Shown: positions 61,226 through 64,000 of the stretch, one piece after another | Position numbering within the stretch: position 1 is the stretch's first letter | How the letters are laid out: the number at the start of each line of letters is the position of its first letter | DNA from: Lepidodermella squamata | Taxonomy: Eukaryota > Animalia > Gastrotricha | Length of the DNA stretch: 64,000 nt | Direction: 5' to 3' | Assembly: GCA_047495785.1 (NCBI GenBank) | Contig: JBLDXI010000031.1 | Coordinates: 1,488,001 to 1,552,000, forward strand | Notes under the pieces: generated by a model | Database searches by the model: none | The model's input: the letters and a program-made list of their open reading frames with translations, nothing else | Told to the model about the DNA's origin: nothing | Made by a program: the position numbers and the translations under genes

Positions 61226-63349
61226 CCCAGACGAACGCCGGTCATATTACTGTCATATTAAAATACGCTAAAATTCATATTAATAATGCCTTGAAATTCA
61301 TATGACATTCATATGGTAAAATGTCCTGAATGTAATATGAATTGTCATATGAATTTTTTCGCGATATTCATATGACATTCATATCACTACTGTGCTAAAT
61401 TTCGCATGATCGTTCATATGAAATTCAGGACATTTTACCATATGAATTTCATATTATCACCGGTTTGTAACAAGTCGTATTTCAGTAATATCACCAATTT
61501 ATTATCTGCATTCAAGTACATATATATCGAGTGACAGAGTTGCCGACAGAGAATTCACCGAGAATGAGCTAGCAAGAACAAATGATGAACAGTTCCGAGT
61601 ACAAAATTTCCGAGTCGCTGCCGTGTTCGTCTTCTTCCACGACGTCATCGCCGCAGCTATTTTCCTTGCCCCGTCATCGCCATCGACGCTGCCGTCACTC
61701 TCGCCGTCGTACTGCGGCCTGCTGCCTTGTAAGAACCCGCCTTCAGCAGTCACAAGCGTAACGTTTTCGCCGACGGGCACTGGCGATAAGCGCTCTTCGG
61801 TCTTCGTTTTGTTGGGATGGGTCCTCGCCGGGTTGAACAGGCAATCCATTGCATTGCACCCAGGGTCTTTCTTAAGGCGGCGGGTTAGTCGACGTACGGC
61901 CTCGATCACACCGTCGAATTTCTTCCTGTTCTCTCCAAGCTCCAAGCCTGGCCAGTCCTATTAAAAGCAGGCTGAAATACTGTTCATAAACAATAAGTTT
62001 TGCTTTTACCTTCCAAATCGGAGCACTCATTCTGAGGTAGTTGTGTCCTAGTGACCCCAGATGAGCCATTGACAATTTGCCGAGTTTCTAGCTGAAATAC
62101 AATTAGTTTTGATAACTTGAGCATCGGCATAATTACCTCGAATCATTGTTGCGCTTCGCCAGGTACATCCTCCATTCGGCCGTTTAAGCTAACAAAAAAT
62201 TAAAAATAGAATTTCGCAACTAGACATAGCAAATCTCACGATATTTAAGAAATCTCTGGTGAGTGTTAAGGAAAATTCACGGCTTCTGCTTTCTAGCTAG
62301 CGAACTTGATGTTTTGAATGGCGACGACAAGTAATAATTAACGATGTGGCTTGCTAGTGTGCGCGCGTGCCCTATTTTATTACCCCTAATAATGCGAACC
62401 GCCGACGCAAAAATGCGACCCAAAAGTGCAGCCGTTGCGCATTTCAAATCTCACCAGACGTGTTCAGTTACCAAGGCTCGCCAAACCCATAGTGGCCCTC
62501 GAACCCTTGAATGCGTGCCAATCGTTTGAGTTTGAGCACCACTGGCCAAAACAAATGGAGTAAACTTCCCTCAAAGAATTGTGGAAAAAGAATTGATGTA
62601 CTCTGCATTTGGCTAAAAAACCTGATCAAAAAATTGCCCGTGGCCTGTTCTACCTATAATAGGTCAGCGCTAATGCAACGACGGCGAATAAATAGGCGAG
62701 CACATTCTTATTTGAAAATGAGTAAAATATTTAGTTGAAGAAATGAGGTGAATTTTTCTGAGGGTACAATTGTGTCAGGATAGAAACTTCAGCTATCTCC
62801 AGCAAGAAAATGCCGATATGGGACAACATTCTAGATATTTTTATTTAGACCTTAGGATAGACATAGCTTTTAAATTCAGGCCTACGGTGGGGCTAAAAAA
62901 CCTGGCGTAGGCCCAGCGGCTTTCATATGGGTTGGGAACGCCAATATTAGCCCAGTTAGCCATTTTTGTTGAAGCTGTGAAAGTTGGGGCTATATTTCAC
63001 ATTTCAGTCATATTACCCGAAATCTGTTATTATACACGCAAGTCTGAGAACGCCGGTCGTATGAATTGCATATCACCTGAGTAGTAAAATTTCACACTGC
63101 TATCAATCATATTGTGTTCATATTGCGATTTCTAGCTGTATTCGTACTGAATTTCAGGCCATAGCATTCATATTAATTTCATATAAATTTGCATTGCAAT
63201 TTTCATACAAATTATTGGCAGTTTTTCCGTTCATATGACAGTAATATGACGCTTACCCTCATTTTTAATATAAATCATGAATCAATATCACAGCCATATG
63301 AATGTCATATGAATTAACCAAAAAAACATATGAACGGCGTTCGTCTGGG
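61226..63349. mobile_element. CACTA/EnSpm (CMC)-like non-autonomous element, ~2.1 kb
   Basis: Perfect 15-bp TIRs CCCAGACGAACGCCG / CGGCGTTCGTCTGGG with AT on both flanks. Dense subterminal CATAT/ATATG repeats at both ends. Confidence 0.8.
61502..62069 (-). CDS. Possible spliced gene or gene fragment inside the element. Exons ~62069..62010 and 61957..61502
   Basis: A 52-nt GT-AG intron (AAG|GTAAAA...TTTTAATAG) joins two ORFs in phase 0. No recognisable domain. Confidence 0.35.
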
Positions 63350-64000
63350 ATGAATTCTGAGTAGTATTCGAGAACCGGCTGATGAACTATCTTTTGAATG
63401 AAATAAAATGAGTTAGGCAAATAAAATGACACGCGACATGCCGTACCAGAGGGGGCCTCGTTTTCCCAGATGCGTCAAAAAGGATGACTACGGACTAACA
63501 AATATACTACAACAATCGACTTTTTATTGTTTCTGTCTGTTCTGGATAAGGGACGAGGAACCTTTTCATACGATACATGATTTCATTTGAGCACAAACAA
63601 GCAAGAAAATCGCATCAACTGCAATTGATTTTCCCTCTATCAGCTCCCCAGGTTTCCGCTCGCCAAACTTCAATGGGACGTGTTACGTTGGCTCATAAAT
63701 TCAAAAGCAGGAAGTGCTGACCCAAACTGAGAGATACGCCGTAAGCCGTAAGTGCTGATATTTACTTACTCGAACAAAAAATGGGATCCATTCATATGCT
63801 ATGCTGTATGAAATTGCAGAATACTGATCATCTAAAAGAATGAGCTGTTCAAGCGCAAATAAAAGTCCTCCGTATGATTTTTGTGAAAGCATTATCAATA
63901 CTACATAGCCTGATATAATATTCAGATTTACCCAAATTAGGCCGAGAGGTGAAAAGTTATATGTCGCGGTAATTAAATGACGCAGAGTATGAATTCTTAT

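Overview
This is eukaryotic DNA, probably from an invertebrate animal: compact and gene-dense, with many short (~50-65 nt) GT-AG introns. The main feature is a locus of about 13 intact secreted genes plus one pseudogene. They encode proteins built from a divergent six-cysteine Kunitz/BPTI-like module. There is an older, diverse group at 6.4-14.8 kb, a young minus-strand tandem array of 4- to 7-domain genes at 18.4-49.1 kb, and two outliers at 50.7 and 52.5 kb. The array shows its own history: co-duplicated prolyl-4-hydroxylase (P4H) 3' fragments, new introns made by exon duplication plus a cryptic donor, a shared promoter cassette, and a retained C-terminal Gly. Other genes are an ankyrin-repeat gene, two paralogous micro-ORFs, a Src-like kinase lacking both regulatory tyrosines, two shortened P4H alpha genes, a CUB-lipase with a very long lid and GPI-like tail, a carboxypeptidase-B-like M14 enzyme and an alpha-arrestin. 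Spacers hold many MITEs, a decayed LINE and a decayed Tc1/mariner transposase. Exon boundaries were read by eye from splice signals and frame continuity. No database searches were run. Labels L1-L4 and K1-K10 and domain types N, A, B, C, D are my own.
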